NCBI RefSeq assembly: GCF_009914755.1
Contig: NC_060928.1
Origin: the human T2T-CHM13v2.0 reference genome, Homo sapiens
DNA length: 64,000 nt
Direction: 5' to 3' (one strand)
In this document: positions 1-16,529 of the stretch, one piece after another
How positions within the stretch are numbered: the stretch's first letter is position 1
How the letters are laid out: the number at the start of each line of letters is the position of its first letter
The notes under the pieces: model-generated
Databases searched by the model: none
Told to the model about the DNA's origin: nothing
The model's input: only the letters and a program-made list of their open reading frames with translations
Translations under genes and position numbers: made by a program

Positions 1-1073
1 GACAAAACTGACAAAAACACGAAATGGGGAAAGATTCCCTATTTAATAAATGGTGCTGGGAAAACTGGCTAGCCATATGTTGAAAGCTGAAACTGGATCC
101 CTTCCTTACACCTTATACAAAAGTCAATTCAAGATGGATTAAAGACCTAAATGTTAGGCCTAAAACCATAAAAACCCTAGAAGAAAACCTAGGCAATACC
201 ATTCAAGCCATAGGCATGGGCAAGGACTTCATGACTAAAACACCAAAAGCAATGGCAACAAAAGCCAAAATTGACAAATGGGATCTAATTAAACTAAAGA
301 ACTTCTGCACAGCAAAAGAAACTACCATCAGAGTGAACAGGCAACCTACAGAATGGGAGAAAATTTTTACAATCTACCCATCTGACAAAGGGCTAATATC
401 CAGAACCTACAAAGAACTTAAACAAATCTACAAGAAAAACTGAAACAACCACATTAAAATTGCGTGAAGGATATGAACAGACACTTCTCAAAAGAAGACA
501 TTTATGCAGCCAAAAGACACTTGAAAAAATGCTCATCATCACTGGCCATCAGATAAATGCAAATCAAAACCACAATGAGATACCATCTCACACCCGTTAA
601 AATGGCGATCATTAAAAAGTCAGGAAACAACAGGTGCTGGAGTGGATGTGGAGAAATAGGAGCACTTTTACACTGTTGGTGGGACTGTAAACTAGTTCAA
701 CCATTGTGGAAGACAGTGTGGGGATTCCTCAAGGATCTAGAACTAGAAATGTCATTTGACCCAGCCATCCCATTACTGGGTATATACCCAAAGGATTATA
801 AATTATACTGCTATAAAGACACATGCACATGTATTTATTATGGCACTATTCACAACAGCAAAGACTTGAACCCAACCCAAAAGTCCATCAATGATAGACT
901 GGATTAAGAAAATGTGGCACATATACACCATGGAATACTATGCAGCCATTAAAAAGGATGAGTTCATGTCCTTTGTAGGGACATGGATGAAGCTGGAAAC
1001 TGTCATTCTGAGCAAACTATCTCAAGGACAGAAAACCAAACACTGCATGTTCTCACTCATAGGTGGGAACTGA
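1..1073 (+). pseudogene. Disabled L1 ORF2 C-terminal region (Cys-rich domain)
   Basis: Fragments in several frames; frameshift near 31-34, TGA at 81-83, native stop at 1071-1073. Confidence 0.9.
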
Positions 1074-1290
1074 ACAATGGGAACACATGGACACAGGGTG
1101 GGGAACATCACACACTGGGGCCTGCCGGGTTGGTTTGGAGGGGGCAGGGATAGCATTAAGAGATATACCTAATGTAAATGGCAAGTTATTGGGTGCAGCA
1201 CACCAACATGGCACCTGTATACATATGTAACAAAAGTGCTTGTTGTGCACATGTACCCTAGAACTTAAAGTAAAATAATAAAAAAATAAA
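1..1290 (+). mobile_element. LINE-1 3' portion, L1PA6-like (continues upstream of the window)
   Basis: ORF2 C-terminal peptides ([12 protein letters not shown]..., [18 protein letters not shown], ...MFSLIGGN*), L1 3'UTR ending CCCTAGAACTTAAAGTA, A-rich tail ~1271-1290. Confidence 0.95.
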
Positions 1291-1299
1291 GAAATGTCT

Positions 1300-2090
1300 T
1301 GTTAACATCAATTATTTTCTTCACATTATTGATTTAATGAGTTGTATTGATAATTTTTTTTAAAGTTAATTGCCTTTCCATAATTTAAATAAAGTGTTCT
1401 TCATCCACTATTGTGGCTCCTGTGATTTTGCTTGATCTACTTAGTATTTTATGTGGAATATTTTTTCAGATAAGAATGTCATTTCCATCATTCTAGACAT
1501 TTAGTATGAACATTGTTTTGGCTTGCTAATTTGGATTGAAGAATTTTATTATATGGATTTGGTGTAGCCAATATAAATAAAAATAAAATTATATTTTTTA
1601 TAGTGTGCTGAAACTCAGATGTAACATTCTAGTTTGGGTACTCTTTACAATGATAGGTCTTAAATAACCCTCTAATCTCTTCTAGGAATTGGACTGTTTG
1701 CATTTTCTACTAATTCTTTGGCCAAACTCATATTTTGGATTTTGCTGAGGAAAGCATCTGTTATCTCCAGACTTTCAATAATCTTTCATGATATTATACA
1801 TAATAATTGCTTCATTATGTTTAGTTGTGTTCCTAATTTTTTCTTCGTACTTTTGTAAATTTTTTGTCTCTTTTTTTCTTATTCAAAATACATACATAAT
1901 TATTGATTTTACATATCTTTTCAAAATTGCAAATTTGGGTTTTCTTTCTATAGCAGTAGTTTTTCACATTTTTTTCTATTTATTGTTATCTTGTTTTTTT
2001 TTTTTTCTAATTTCCTAAAGTCAAATAGTAAGGTCATATAAAGATAAATATTTCTTCTTTAATTCAATTTCTCATTAATTTATATTTTTC
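1300..2090 (-). mobile_element. Very old L1M/L1ME ORF2-derived fragment (tentative)
   Basis: T-rich sequence with weak resemblance to antisense L1 ORF2. Confidence 0.35.
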
Positions 2091-2100
2091 AATGAATCAT

Positions 2101-3992
2101 TTCTTTTTTGTGTATAACTGACAAGTCATCTATCTCTTTAAGCATTTTATCATCTCTTTACAGGGAAAACATTCAAAATCTTCTATCTTAAAATAAATGC
2201 TATATTGTTAATTGCTACAGTCACACTACTGTATAACAGAATACCAGAACTTATTCTTTATGTCTAACTGCATCTTTGTACCCATTGATCAATCTCTCCT
2301 GGTATCCTTATTTCCTTCCCACAGCCCCTCAGTCTCTATTCTACTCTTTTTTTTCTATAAAATCAACAGTTTTAGATTCCTCATACGAGTGAGATCACAC
2401 AGTGTTTGTTTTTCTGTGTCTGGTTTATTTAACATAGCATAATATTCCACATGTTAATTCATGTCACCGCTAATAACGGGATTTCATTCTGTTTTATGGC
2501 TAAAGAGTATTCCATTGTATATGTATACCACATTTTTTATCCATTCACCTGTAGATCGGCACTTAGGTTGATTCCATATCTTGGCTATGGTAAATAGTGC
2601 TGAAATAAAAATGAGGGTGCAGATGTCTCTTCAACATACTGATTTCTTTTCTTTTGGATATACACCCAGTAACAGGATTGTGGAATCATATGGTAGTTCT
2701 ATTTTTAATTTTTGGAGGAACATCCATACTGTTTTCCATAATGGCTGAACTAATTTACATACACATTAACAGTTTATAAAAGTTCCTTTTTTTCTACATC
2801 TTCACCAGCATTTGTTAATTTTTGTTTTTCTGATAATAGTTATTCTAACTGCAATGAGGTGATTTCTCATTGTGGCTTTGATTTACAATTCCCTGATAAT
2901 TAGTTATGTTGAGGATTTTTCATATATCTATTGGTTATTTGTATGTCTTTTAAAAAATGTCAAATCAGATCTTTTGCCCATTTTTAATTGGATTAGTTAA
3001 TTTTGGCTATTGAATTGTTTGAGTTCCTTATATATTCTGGATATGAAACTCTGGTCAGATGTGTAGTGTAGTTTGCAAATACTTTCTCCCATTCTGTAGG
3101 TTGTCTCTTCTCTTCAATGATTGTTTCCTTTGCTGTGCAGAAGTTTTTCAGGTTGATGCAATCTCATCAACCTAAAAAGGTTTTGCTTTTTTCTGCCTAT
3201 GCTTTTGAAATCTTATTCAAAAAAAAATCTTTGCCCAGTCCAATTTTATGAAGTGTTTCTCCTGTATTTTATTATAGTAGTTTCATAGTTTCAGGTCTTA
3301 AATCTTTAATTTATTTAGAGTTGATTTTATATATCGTGAGAGATAAGGGTATAGTTTTTTCTTCTTCTGCATGTGGCTATCCAGTAATCCCAGCACCATT
3401 TGTTGAAGACATTTTGTTTTTCCTCAGTGTGTTTTTGACGCTTTTGTCAAAAATCAATTGGGTGTAAAAACATGGATTTATTTCTGGCTTCTGTATTTTG
3501 TTCCATTTGTCTATATGTCTGTTTTTATGCCAGCATTATCCTATTTTGCTTACTAGAGCTTTGTAGTATATTTTGAAGTCAAGAAATGTGATACCTTCAG
3601 CTTTGTTCTTATTGCTCAAGATTACTTTGGCTATCTGGGATATTTTGCATTTCCTATACATTTTAAGGATGCTTTTTCTATTTCTGTAAAGGATTTCATG
3701 AGTATTCTGATAGAGATTATATTGAATCTGTGTATCACTTTGGGTAGTACAGACATTTTGACAATACTGATTGTTTCAAGTTATGAATATGATATGTTTT
3801 CATTTATTTGTGTCCTCTTCAATTTCTTCAATCATTGTTTTACAGTTTTCAATTGTAGAGATTTGTCTCCTTGATTACATTTTCCAAGGCATTTTATTTA
3901 TTTATGTTGTGCAATTATGCAAAATGGAATTACTTTCCTAATCTGTCTTTCAAATAGTTTGTTATTGGCATATAGAAATATTACTAATGTTT
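2101..3992 (-). mobile_element. L1MA (L1MA4-like) 3' part; host of the L1PA6-like insertion
   Basis: Antisense L1MA 3'UTR (CATTCAAAATC..., CAGAACTTATTC) followed by antisense ORF2; resumes at 8874. Confidence 0.85.
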
Positions 3993-4008
3993 GGAGGAAG
4001 GATGTTCC

Positions 4009-4017
4009 AAGATGGCC
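4009..4017 (+). promoter_or_regulatory. YY1 site of the L1 internal promoter
   Basis: AAGATGGCC at the canonical position near the L1 5' end. Confidence 0.75.
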
Positions 4018-4214
4018 AAATATGAATAGCTCCAGTCTAAAGCTCCCAGCATGAGTGACTCAGAAGATGGGTGATTTCTGCATTTCCACCTGAGGTACCA
4101 GGTTCATCTCACTGGGGCTTGTCAGACAGTGGGTGCAGCCCATGGAGTGGGAGCCAAAGTAGGGTGGGGCATCCCTTCACCCAGGAAGCGCAAGGGGTCA
4201 GGGAATTCCCTTTC

Positions 4215-4433
4215 CTAGCCAAGGGAAGCCATGACAGATGGTACCTGGAAAACCCGGATTCCCACCCTAATACTGCGCTTTTCCAACAGTCTTAGGAAAT
4301 GGCACACCAGGAGATTATATCCCTTGCCTGGCTCAGAGGGTCCCATGCCCACAGAGCCTTGCTCACTGCTAGCACAGCAGTCTGAGATCAAACTGCAAGA
4401 TGGCAGTGAGGCTGGGGGTGGGGCATCTGCCAT
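4215..4433 (-). CDS. L1 ORF0-homologous antisense ORF, 72 aa (expression unknown)
   Basis: MADAPPPASLPSCSLISDCCASSEQGSVGMGPSEPG... matches primate ORF0 (MAGAPPPASLPPCSLISDCCAS...); context ACAATGG; last ~14 aa frameshifted. Confidence 0.55.
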   Translation of the reverse strand: MADAPPPASLPSCSLISDCCASSEQGSVGMGPSEPGKGYNLLVCHFLRLLEKRSIRVGIRVFQVPSVMASLG

Positions 4434-5008
4434 TGTTGAGGCTTGAGTAGGTAAACAAAGCTGCCAGGAAACTCGAACTGGGTGGAGCCCACCACAGCTC
4501 AAGGAGGCCTGCCTGCATCTGTAGACTCCACCTCTGGGGGCAGGGAATAGCTGAACAAAAGGCAGCAGAAACTTCTGCAGACTTAAACATGCCTGTCTTA
4601 CAGCTTTGAAGAGAGTAGTGGTCCTCCTACCATGGAGTTTGAGATCTGAGAACGGACAGACTGCCTCCTCAGTGTGGGTTCCTGACCCCTGAGGAGCCAA
4701 ACTTGGAGGCATCTCCCAGTAGGGGCCGATTGACACCTCATAAGGCTGGGTGCCCCTCAGAGATGAAGCTTTCAGAGGAAGGATCAGGCAGCAACATTTT
4801 CCGTTCTGCAATATTTGCTGTTCTGCAACCTCTGCTGATGATCACCAAGTGAACAGGGTCTGGAGTGGACTTCCAGCAAACTCCAATAGACCTGCAGCTG
4901 AGGGTCCTGACTGTTAGAAGGAAAACTAACAAACAGAAAGGACATCCACACCAAAACCCCATCTGTACATCACCATCATCAAAGACTAAAGGTTGATAAA
5001 ACCACAAA

Positions 5009-5948
5009 ATGGGGAGAAACCAGAGCAGAAAATCTAAAAATTCTGAAGATCAGAGTGCCTCTTTTCCTCCAAAGGAACACAGCTCCTCACCAGCAGCGGA
5101 ACGAAGCTGGGTGGAGAATGACTTTCACAAGTTGAGAGAAAAAGGCTTCAGACGATCAGTAACAACAAACTTCTCCGATCTAAAGGAGGATGTTTGAACC
5201 CATCTCAAAGGAGCTAAAAACCTTGAAAAAAGATTAGACAAATAGCCAACTAGAATAAACAGCATAGAGAAGACCTTAAATGACCTAATGAAGCTGAAAA
5301 CCATGGCATGAGAACTACATGATGCATGCACAAGCTTCAGTAGCTGATTTGATCAAGTGGAAGAAAGGGTATCAGTGAATGAAGATCAAATGAATGAAAT
5401 GAAGCAAGAAGAGAAGTTTAGAGAAAAAAGAGTAAAAAGAAACAAACAAAGCCTCCAAGATATATGGGGCTATGTGAAAAGACCAAATCTACATCTGATT
5501 AGTGTACCTGAAAGTGATGGGGATAATGGATCCAAGTTGGAAAACACTCTTCAGGATATCATCCAGGAGAACTTCCCCAACCTAGCAAGGCAGGCCAACA
5601 TTCAAATTCAGGAAATACAGAGAATGCCACAAACATACTCCTCGAAAAGAGCAACTCCAAGACACATAATTGTCAGATTCACCAATGCTGAAATGAAGGA
5701 AAAAATGTTAAGGGCAGCCAGAGAGAAAGGTCAGGTTACTCACAAAGAGAAGCCCATCAGACTAACAGCAGATTTCTCAGCAGAAACTCTACAAGCGAGA
5801 AGAGAGTGGGGGCCAATATTCAACATGCTTAAAGAAAAGAATTTTCAACCCAGAATTTCATATCCAGCCATACTAAGATTCATAAGTGATGGAGAAATAA
5901 AATACTTTATAGAAACAAATGGTGAGAGATTTTGTCACCACCAGGCCT
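5009..5948 (+). pseudogene. Disabled L1 ORF1p
   Basis: MGRNQSRK..., RPNLHLISVPESDG..., NFQPRISYPA; premature stops and frameshifts; C-terminus removed by the deletion at 5948/5949. Confidence 0.93.
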
Positions 5949-8645
<2,697 letters not shown>

Positions 8646-8873
8646 ACAATGGGAACACATGGACACAGGGTGGGGAACATCACACACTGGGTCCTGTTGT
8701 GGGGTGTGGGGAAGGGTAGGGATAACATTAGGAGATATACCTAACGTAAATGACGAGTTAATGGGTGCAGCACACCAACATGGCACATGTATACATATGT
8801 AACAAACCTGCACATTGTGCACATGTACCCTAGAACTTAAAGTATAATAAAAAAAGAAATATTACTGATGTTT

Positions 8874-8983
8874 ATATGTTAATTTTTTTAACCTGCAACT
8901 ATACTAAATTCATTTATTCTACCTGCTTTTTTGGTGGAGTCTTTAGGGATATATATATATATTTTAAATATTTATATATATTT

Positions 8984-9020
<37 letters not shown>

Positions 9021-10510
9021 GTCAGTGAAAATAGGGAGAATTTGACTTCCTTCTTTTCAGTTTAGATGTCCTTTATTTTTTCTTTATTTTTTGAAGCTAT
9101 GCTAAATGAAATTACTTTCTTAATTTGTCTTTCAGATAGTTTGTTATTGGCATATAGAAATATTACTAATGTTTGTATGTTAATTTTTTAACCTGCAACT
9201 TGACTAAATTCATTTATTCTAACAGCTTTTTGTGGAGTCTTTAGGGATGTATATATGTATATATTTACATATATATTTATTTTATATGTATATATATTCA
9301 TGCCATCTGAAAATAGGGATAATCTGACTTTTTTCTTTCCAGTTTTGATGTCCTTTATTTCTTTCTCTTGCTTAATCACTGTAGGTAGAATTTCCAGTAT
9401 TATGTTGAATGAAAGTGATAAAAGTGAACATTCTTGACTTGTTCCAGATCTTAGAAGAAAAGCTTTCAACTTTTAGCTGTGGGCTGATCATATGTAGCCT
9501 TTACTGTGTTGAGGTTTGTTCCTTCTGTACCCAGTTTGTTGAGAGTTTTTATCATGAAGGAATGCTGAATTTTATTGAATTCTTTTTCAGCATATATTGA
9601 AATAATCACATGGATTTTGTCCTTGATTCTGATAATGTGATGTATCAGTTATTGATTTACATATGCTGAACTCTGTTTCCCTGAGATGGAATTCCACGTA
9701 ATCATGGTGAATGATCTTTTAAGTGTGTTGAATTTGATTTACTAGTATTTTATTGAGGATTTTTGCTTTTATGTTAATCAGAGATATCGCCCTATGGTTC
9801 TCTTTGTTGTATCTTTGTCCGGTTTTAGTATCAGAGTAACGCTAGCTTCATAGAAAGAGTCTGGAAGTGTTTCCTCCTCTTCATATTCTTATAATAGCTT
9901 GAATATAATTGATATTAGTTGTTTTTAAATGTTTAGTATAGTTCAGCAGTGAAGCCATGAGGTTCTAGGCTTTTCTTTGATATCAGACTCTTTATTACTG
10001 CTTTGATCTAGTTGCTTATTACTGGTCTGTTCAGGCGTTCCACTTCTTTGTGATTCAATCTTCGTAAATTGCATGTGCCTGGGATTTAATCCATTTCTTC
10101 CAGGTTTTCCAATTTGTTAGAGTATGGTTGTTCCTAGTGGTGTCTTATTATCCTTTTTATTTTTGTGGTATCAATTGTAATGTCTGTTTTTGTGTCTCTG
10201 ACATTATTTCAATTTTCTGGGTTTTTTTAAACTAGAAGTTTGTCAGTGTTATCTTTTCAAAAAAACAGTTTTTGTTTTGTTCATCTGTTGTATATTTTTT
10301 CTCTGTTTTGTTTATTTCTGCTCGGATCTTCCTGGGTTTCTTTTTTGTTCCTTATAGTTATTTCAAATTCAGATTGTTTTGTTTTTCTTGTTCCTAGATA
10401 TGTAATGTTAGGTTGTTTATTTGAGATCTTTTGTCTTTTGATGTAGGCATTAATTGCTGCGAACTTCCTTCTTAGAACTGCTTCTACTGTATCTCATAGG
10501 TGTTTGTATG
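8874..10510 (-). mobile_element. Continuation of the host L1MA (ORF2, antisense), with an internal tandem duplication
   Basis: Antisense ORF2 (e.g. ORF 9188-9469 KAFLLRSGTSQECSLLSLSFNIILE); joins 3992 across the TSD. Confidence 0.85.
8949..9020. repeat. (TA)n-rich microsatellite
   Basis: Interrupted TA run. Confidence 0.9.
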
Positions 10511-11890
10511 ATATTTATCCATATTATTGTTTTCTACATATTATAGTATCACATCTGTTTCCTATCAGTATACAAACTTTATCTGAAATGTATTTATTTA
10601 CAAATTGTGCTGACGCTTTCTTCACTTTCTATTTATATGTGAATCAGGGAAAACAGTCTGCAAAATAACTGTGTTTTGGACATTTTAGTGTTTTTTTGTG
10701 TGTGTGCCGATACACTATCTGTAGATTTTTCCCCACAGACATCCAAATAAATGTGGCATAAATAGATGACAGATCAGTAGACACATAGGTAAGTAGGTAT
10801 ATAGTTATGCAATTTCTCGATACTCTTAAGTTTTTTCCGTGGAATTCATTCACTTTCAAAGGAGTGATATTTAACTCTTTCCATAACTACACGTTTAACA
10901 GGTTATCATGGTATTTCTATTAGTTTTATTTTGCATGTTTTGTTGCTATGATATTTGTTGTCTCACAGAAGTGAGCCTTTTGTTATTTAATGATGTTACT
11001 TTTTATATTTCTTCACAATTTTGAAATGAAATTTCAATTTATGTGCCATTAATATTGGAATCTCTTCGTCCTTTTCTTTCATTTTATTGGTGAATCTTTA
11101 GTGGGTTTATTTTTATGTTTTTCTCTCTTTTTAAAATAAGCTATTATTGTTCTTGTCTCACTTTCCAGATGGTAGTGCTGCTTTGAGAACTCAGGTGAAG
11201 GCCTGATTTTCCTTTTTTAATAGATTTTTTTAAATCTTGACACATATGACAGTATTATATTCATGTTAGAATTCAGGAATTCTACAAGTATATGACCAAT
11301 CATTTTATATATCCAACTCAGGAAGACCCTTTAAAACACAGGATCAATCCTCTTTGCAGCTCATGAATGAAAAAGTTTTCTTAGACATTTATCATTCTTA
11401 AGTCTAGAAAATCTCAGAACTGTAGTTTAATGTCAATATGCGTTTTTAAGCAAAAAAGACAAAGATAAACTAAATTATGCATTGCAGTTTTTGAAAAGTT
11501 TAGGGATGACAGTTGTGACTTAATTCTTTCAGATGGAGTGCCAAGTAAGATAAGCAAGAGAATACTAAGGACAAATATAAAGATGAAGTGAGAAAAAATC
11601 AAAAACCATGCAAATTTTTTTCATAATATATTGTCTAGGGTTTAGGAAGAAAATTCAGATTTTCTTCACTTTTGTTAACTAGTCTTCTAAATATAGACTG
11701 TGAATTTAGTATTAAATAAATCCAGTTTATGTTATATAATTAAGAAAAGGTGAATATGACAACACGTAATTATTATCTGAAGAACATGAAGGAAATTCAA
11801 AGGTTTACCATATACGCAAAGAAAAGATGTGCATTCTAAGCTTGAATTTTGAGATGTCAAATAATTTTTCAATCCAACTGGAAATACAAC

Positions 11891-11963
11891 TGGATGGATA
11901 GATAGTAGATAGATAGATAATAGATAGGTAGATAGATAGATAGATTCATAGATAGATTTATAG
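11891..11963. repeat. Imperfect (GATA)n tetranucleotide repeat
   Basis: GATAGATAGTAGATAGATAGATAATAGATAGG... Confidence 0.9.
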
Positions 11964-12928
11964 TTGGTATGGGGAGAAGGATTTTGGAAGATTCTAAGCT
12001 TAAAAAAGTAAGTTTGGAGTGATTTGGTTCATATTTATCTTCATTAAGATTGTAATTATCTGGTTAAATTACTTAATCGATTTGACAGACTTAAAGTATA
12101 CCCGCACACACAAAATTGAGATTGTTTATTTTATGAAAAATGTTCACAAAGTGGAATTTTTTTTCTGAAGCAATTGTATTTTGTCAGGTTTTCACTGAAT
12201 TATTTTTTACTCATTCAGATACATTTGACAGCTTATGACAAAACCAATGCAGAATCCTTAAAAATCATCAAACTGATGCTATTTTTAGTTAGTCATTTTT
12301 TAAAAATTTATATGATTCTCATTCAGCTCATAATTAAATTTTATTCTCAAATGCTACCTCAGACCTTGTACACTGATTACTCATTACTGCAAAAATTACA
12401 TCTGAAGTATGATAATTTTTTCTGTAATGATTTAGTTACTTAATTTTTAAAAGCATAAATGTACCTGACCTATGTAAATCTTCTGGGTGTTCCAAATCCT
12501 TTTGCCTCAGTTAATAGTATGATTTTAAGTAGTATTCATGAATGTAGTGTATGTGTGTATGTACATAGAAAGAGAGAGAGAGATGATAAATAGAATTATT
12601 TTAATATGATAAATGCATTCTAGATATTCTTTATATTCCTTTATATTCTCATATTTTATTTTGGAAAAAATATATATATTTTACACATATCTCAAAGTGC
12701 CAGTATTTGTGAATATATTTTTACATGTGTATGATAAATATGTTTAGATTACTTTTTCATTCCAAATCAATTACTCACATTTTAAACAAAGCAGGAAATT
12801 AAAGTTCTTATTGCTAAAAAATAAAACTAAACACAAATATTTTTAAAAATAATGCAATAAGTAGGATCTATAATTCTGGAGAAAACAAGTCCAAGTAGTG
12901 AAATAATCATCTAACCTAATGATGGTAA

Positions 12929-13028
12929 TGTGTATATATATATATATATATATAAAATATATGTAATATATAATATATATATAATGTGTATATATATATA
13001 CACACACACATACACACATATATATGTG
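12929..13028. repeat. Compound (TA)n/(CA)n microsatellite
   Basis: Read directly. Confidence 0.9.
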
Positions 13029-14159
13029 TAAATTCTAAAATGTGATTTCTCTTTATTCTATGTTAATTCATAGTTATTGTATATATTACATATTTAATAT
13101 TACATATTTAAAAATTAAACTACATACTTTTAAACATTTTAATCTGATTTTTAAATTTGTATTTATTCTAAAGATTGTGTCTTTTTTCTATGGTATCCAG
13201 TGATTGTTTTACGTCTACATTTTTGGGAACCTCATCTGGTTATAATAACATCTTTCGGAACAATTGTGAATACCCTCTGTTAAGCTTGTTTGTGACATTC
13301 AGAAATACCAACTTTGACCTTGTAATGAGGATAGCTTTGTGTTAATTTGAATAAACGTTATCAGCAGAAAAATCACTAGTGCTCTGTATTCTAAACACAG
13401 AACTTAGTTCTGTATTGGCAATTATATAGTCTCAGCAAATCTTTCATGGACTTCAAAACATTACCAAATATTGAGACTGATGGACAAAACTTCAAATTCC
13501 AGCTTTGTAATTTTCCACATATGTGCTTTATTTGATCCCAATAACTGTCAGTGTTATTTATTGTAAATACTGGTCACTGCAAACAATTGCACCAAGTTTG
13601 CAAGACTGTTTTTAAAATTAAATGAGTATTCTGTATAGAAATAGATCCACAATGCATTGTACCTTGTATTAGTATTAGCGTGTGTTGTTAAGATTACAGT
13701 CAGAATTAAATTTAGTGGTAGGGCCTAATCTCAAAATATCTGTGTAGTTATCTTTTTACTTTAACTTGGAGAATTTAGAGCATCAAGTAATCCTTAAGCA
13801 ATCAAAACTGGCAAAAGAATTCTCCCTCTCTTGCTTTCTCATCCTTGGCAGGTATTTACTTTTATCCAGCGATGTATGCATTCATTAGTTTGAGATAACA
13901 GAAAATCTGTTCTCTCAAAATTTGCTTTTCTCTCACGACACGGGGCACCAAATAGAAAAAAGCGTAAAGGAAATCACAGGCCTTCTTTAGTTATCAATGT
14001 CTTTTTCTTAACGATAAGACACATACTTAACAAAATTATCATAAGATTACTTTAGATATGATTTGTGAAATATCAGTTTATAGTCTCAGCAAGATTCCTT
14101 AAGTATTATTTTACCTTAAATAAGTAAATCTTGTCAGTTTTCTTTTCAAATTACAACAA

Positions 14160-14559
14160 TGATATAGTTTGTGTATTTCTCCCCACCCAAATCTCATGTT
14201 GAATTGTAAATCTCTAGTATTCGAGATGAGTCCTCATGAGAGGTGACTGGATCATAGAGGTGGATTTCTCATAAATGGTTTAGCAACATCTCCTTGGTGC
14301 TGTCCTTGCCATAGTGAGTTCTCACAAGATCTGCCTATTTTAAAGTGTGTAGCACCTCTGTCTACCTGGCTCCCATCTCTGCTCCTGCTTCATCTTCCAT
14401 CCCGAGTAAAAGCTTCCTGATTGCTCCCCAGAAGCAGATGCCAACTCTATGCTTCCTGTACAGCCTACAGAACTTTAAGGCAATTAGAGCTCTTTACTTA
14501 TAAATGACCTAATCTCAAGTATTTATTTCTTTATAGGAATTCAAGAACGGCTTAACGAA
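14160..14559 (+). mobile_element. MSTA/MSTB-like ERVL-MaLR solo LTR
   Basis: TGATATAGTTTG...CCCCACCCAAATCTCATGTTGAATTGT start; ...CAAGAACGGCTTAA end; 5-bp flanks AACAA/AACAG. Confidence 0.85.
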
Positions 14560-14569
14560 AACAGAAAAA

Positions 14570-14790
14570 CATGCTTGTCCACTTATATAAGGTATATAAA
14601 ATAGTCAAACTTAGAGTCAGAGAGTAGAATGGTGGTTACCAGAGTCTGGGAGAGAAGAAAATAAGAAATTGGTAATCGATGGCTATGAAGTATCATTTAT
14701 CTAAGATGCATAAATTCTAGAGATTTACTGTAATACATTGTCCCCATAGTTAACAATAATGTATTGTACACTTAAAAGTTTGCAAAGCTA
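14570..14790 (+). mobile_element. L1MA9-L1MB-type 3'UTR fragment
   Basis: AGAGAGTAGAATGGTGGTTACCAGAG...TTCTAGAGATTTACTGT...GTACACTTAAAA. Confidence 0.75.
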
Positions 14791-14899
14791 TTATTTTCCT
14801 AAAGATTACCACTTGCCTCACACAATATGAGGTAGTCAGTTTGGCAAACTGTGTATCCTGCCATATACTCCTATATCTTTCCACTTATTTGTGCGTATT

Positions 14900-15570
14900 T
14901 GTACAAGTGTCTGTATAGATACACACCAGCTTACTTTTCTACTTTTATCTAATTGTAAGCATACTGTAAGCCACATGTTTGCAACTTGCTTTGTATCACT
15001 ACTTGTGTATGTAATGCACTGTTGTTGATGTTGTTTCAGGTTTATGTGTATTTCTGTTACTAAGATTTTATTTTCTGATTCATAAGTGCCATAAGTTTTT
15101 ATAACATGTATTTTTGAATATTTTGTAATCACTGTTGTGATTTTTTAACTATTTCTTCTTGAGATGCTCATTATTATGATTGGAAAAATCCATTAGTTTT
15201 GTATATTTATCTTACGTTCAACTACCTTATCAAATTTTTTGTTGTCATTTTAATCTAGAACTTTTTGAATTTTCTATAAATCAAATTATCAGAAAAAAAG
15301 CATGATTTTTTCTTAAGGACATGGTTGAAACATATGTTAATAGCAGACATCCCTGTGTGTTCCTGATTTAAAATAAAAATATTTGTTTTTCCTATATTAG
15401 AGTAAGATTTTCTGTTGCTTTTTCATAAATACTTTTTATCACATTTAAGAAATATTTTTGTTTTCATTTATCTTTACATGTTTAAAATTAGTAATGGCTG
15501 TTGAATTTGTCTAAACAATTTTTATAGTTTCTACCATGATTATAAGTTTTCTCTCTTAATTTTTATACAA
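14900..15570 (-). mobile_element. Old L1ME fragments
   Basis: Antisense ORF2-like text (GACATCCCTGTGTGTTCCTGATTT, ATACTTTTTATCACATTTAAGAA). Confidence 0.5.
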
Positions 15571-15672
15571 TAAAATATTTTATGTGTATGAATGCAAAAG
15601 TTTACAGAATCAATAAAGGTTAGTAAAATTTTTCTGTAGTATATAAATTTACAAAACTTCTGTTACCTATGA

Positions 15673-15673
<1 letters not shown>

Positions 15674-15702
<29 letters not shown>
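15674..15702. repeat. (TG)n microsatellite
   Basis: Perfect TG run. Confidence 0.95.
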
Positions 15703-15704
<2 letters not shown>

Positions 15705-16529
15705 TCTTAATTTCTTTTGCTCCTCTTTTTTAAACCAGAAAATTATGTCGTTGGAATTTTTATCAGATACTTTTTCTAAAACATTATTTTATTTATGTTT
15801 CCAGAAAACTATTTGAAAACATGCAGCTAAAAATATTCAGTTAAATTTCTAGTTGTATTTGCTTTTTATCAATTCCTTTGCAATTAAGTTATTTTAAAAT
15901 ATATACTCTTAAAGTGTGAACCCTTTTTTATCCCAATAACTATTAGATTAGTTAATTCAGTTTTGGTGACATCAATTATTTGAATGATTAGTGAGCTTTT
16001 TGGGTGAGCATTGTGATTTTAAACTATTCATTAATACAAAAACATAAGTGAATGATGCTGACATAATTTACTTCTATGGTAATTGTAGTTGTTTATTTTG
16101 TGTCTTTAGTCTTGCTGTTATGTAACATTATAAAGAACTGGAGTTTACAAATTTGAAATGCTGGAAACATATACAGCATAGAAATGGCCTTTTGTTATCA
16201 TACAATTTAATGATAATTATGTACTTGGCCCTAGTTGGTATGGTTTACATATGCCATGAATTAATTTCTACATAATCCAACAACTTGACCAACACTCAGT
16301 TATTACATCTTTCTTACTTAAATAGGAAAAAATGTTATGCTTACACATTAATACAGAAAAAAATTCATATGCCAAAAATAGAATGCTTAAATAATCAGTT
16401 TTCATTTTCATGATAATATTGGATAAATATATGTAAATTAAAAATTTATGAAATTATAAGAGCTACTTGAATATATTATAAATTGATTGACTAAAATAAT
16501 TTCTGACACATACAAAATAATCAAATAAA

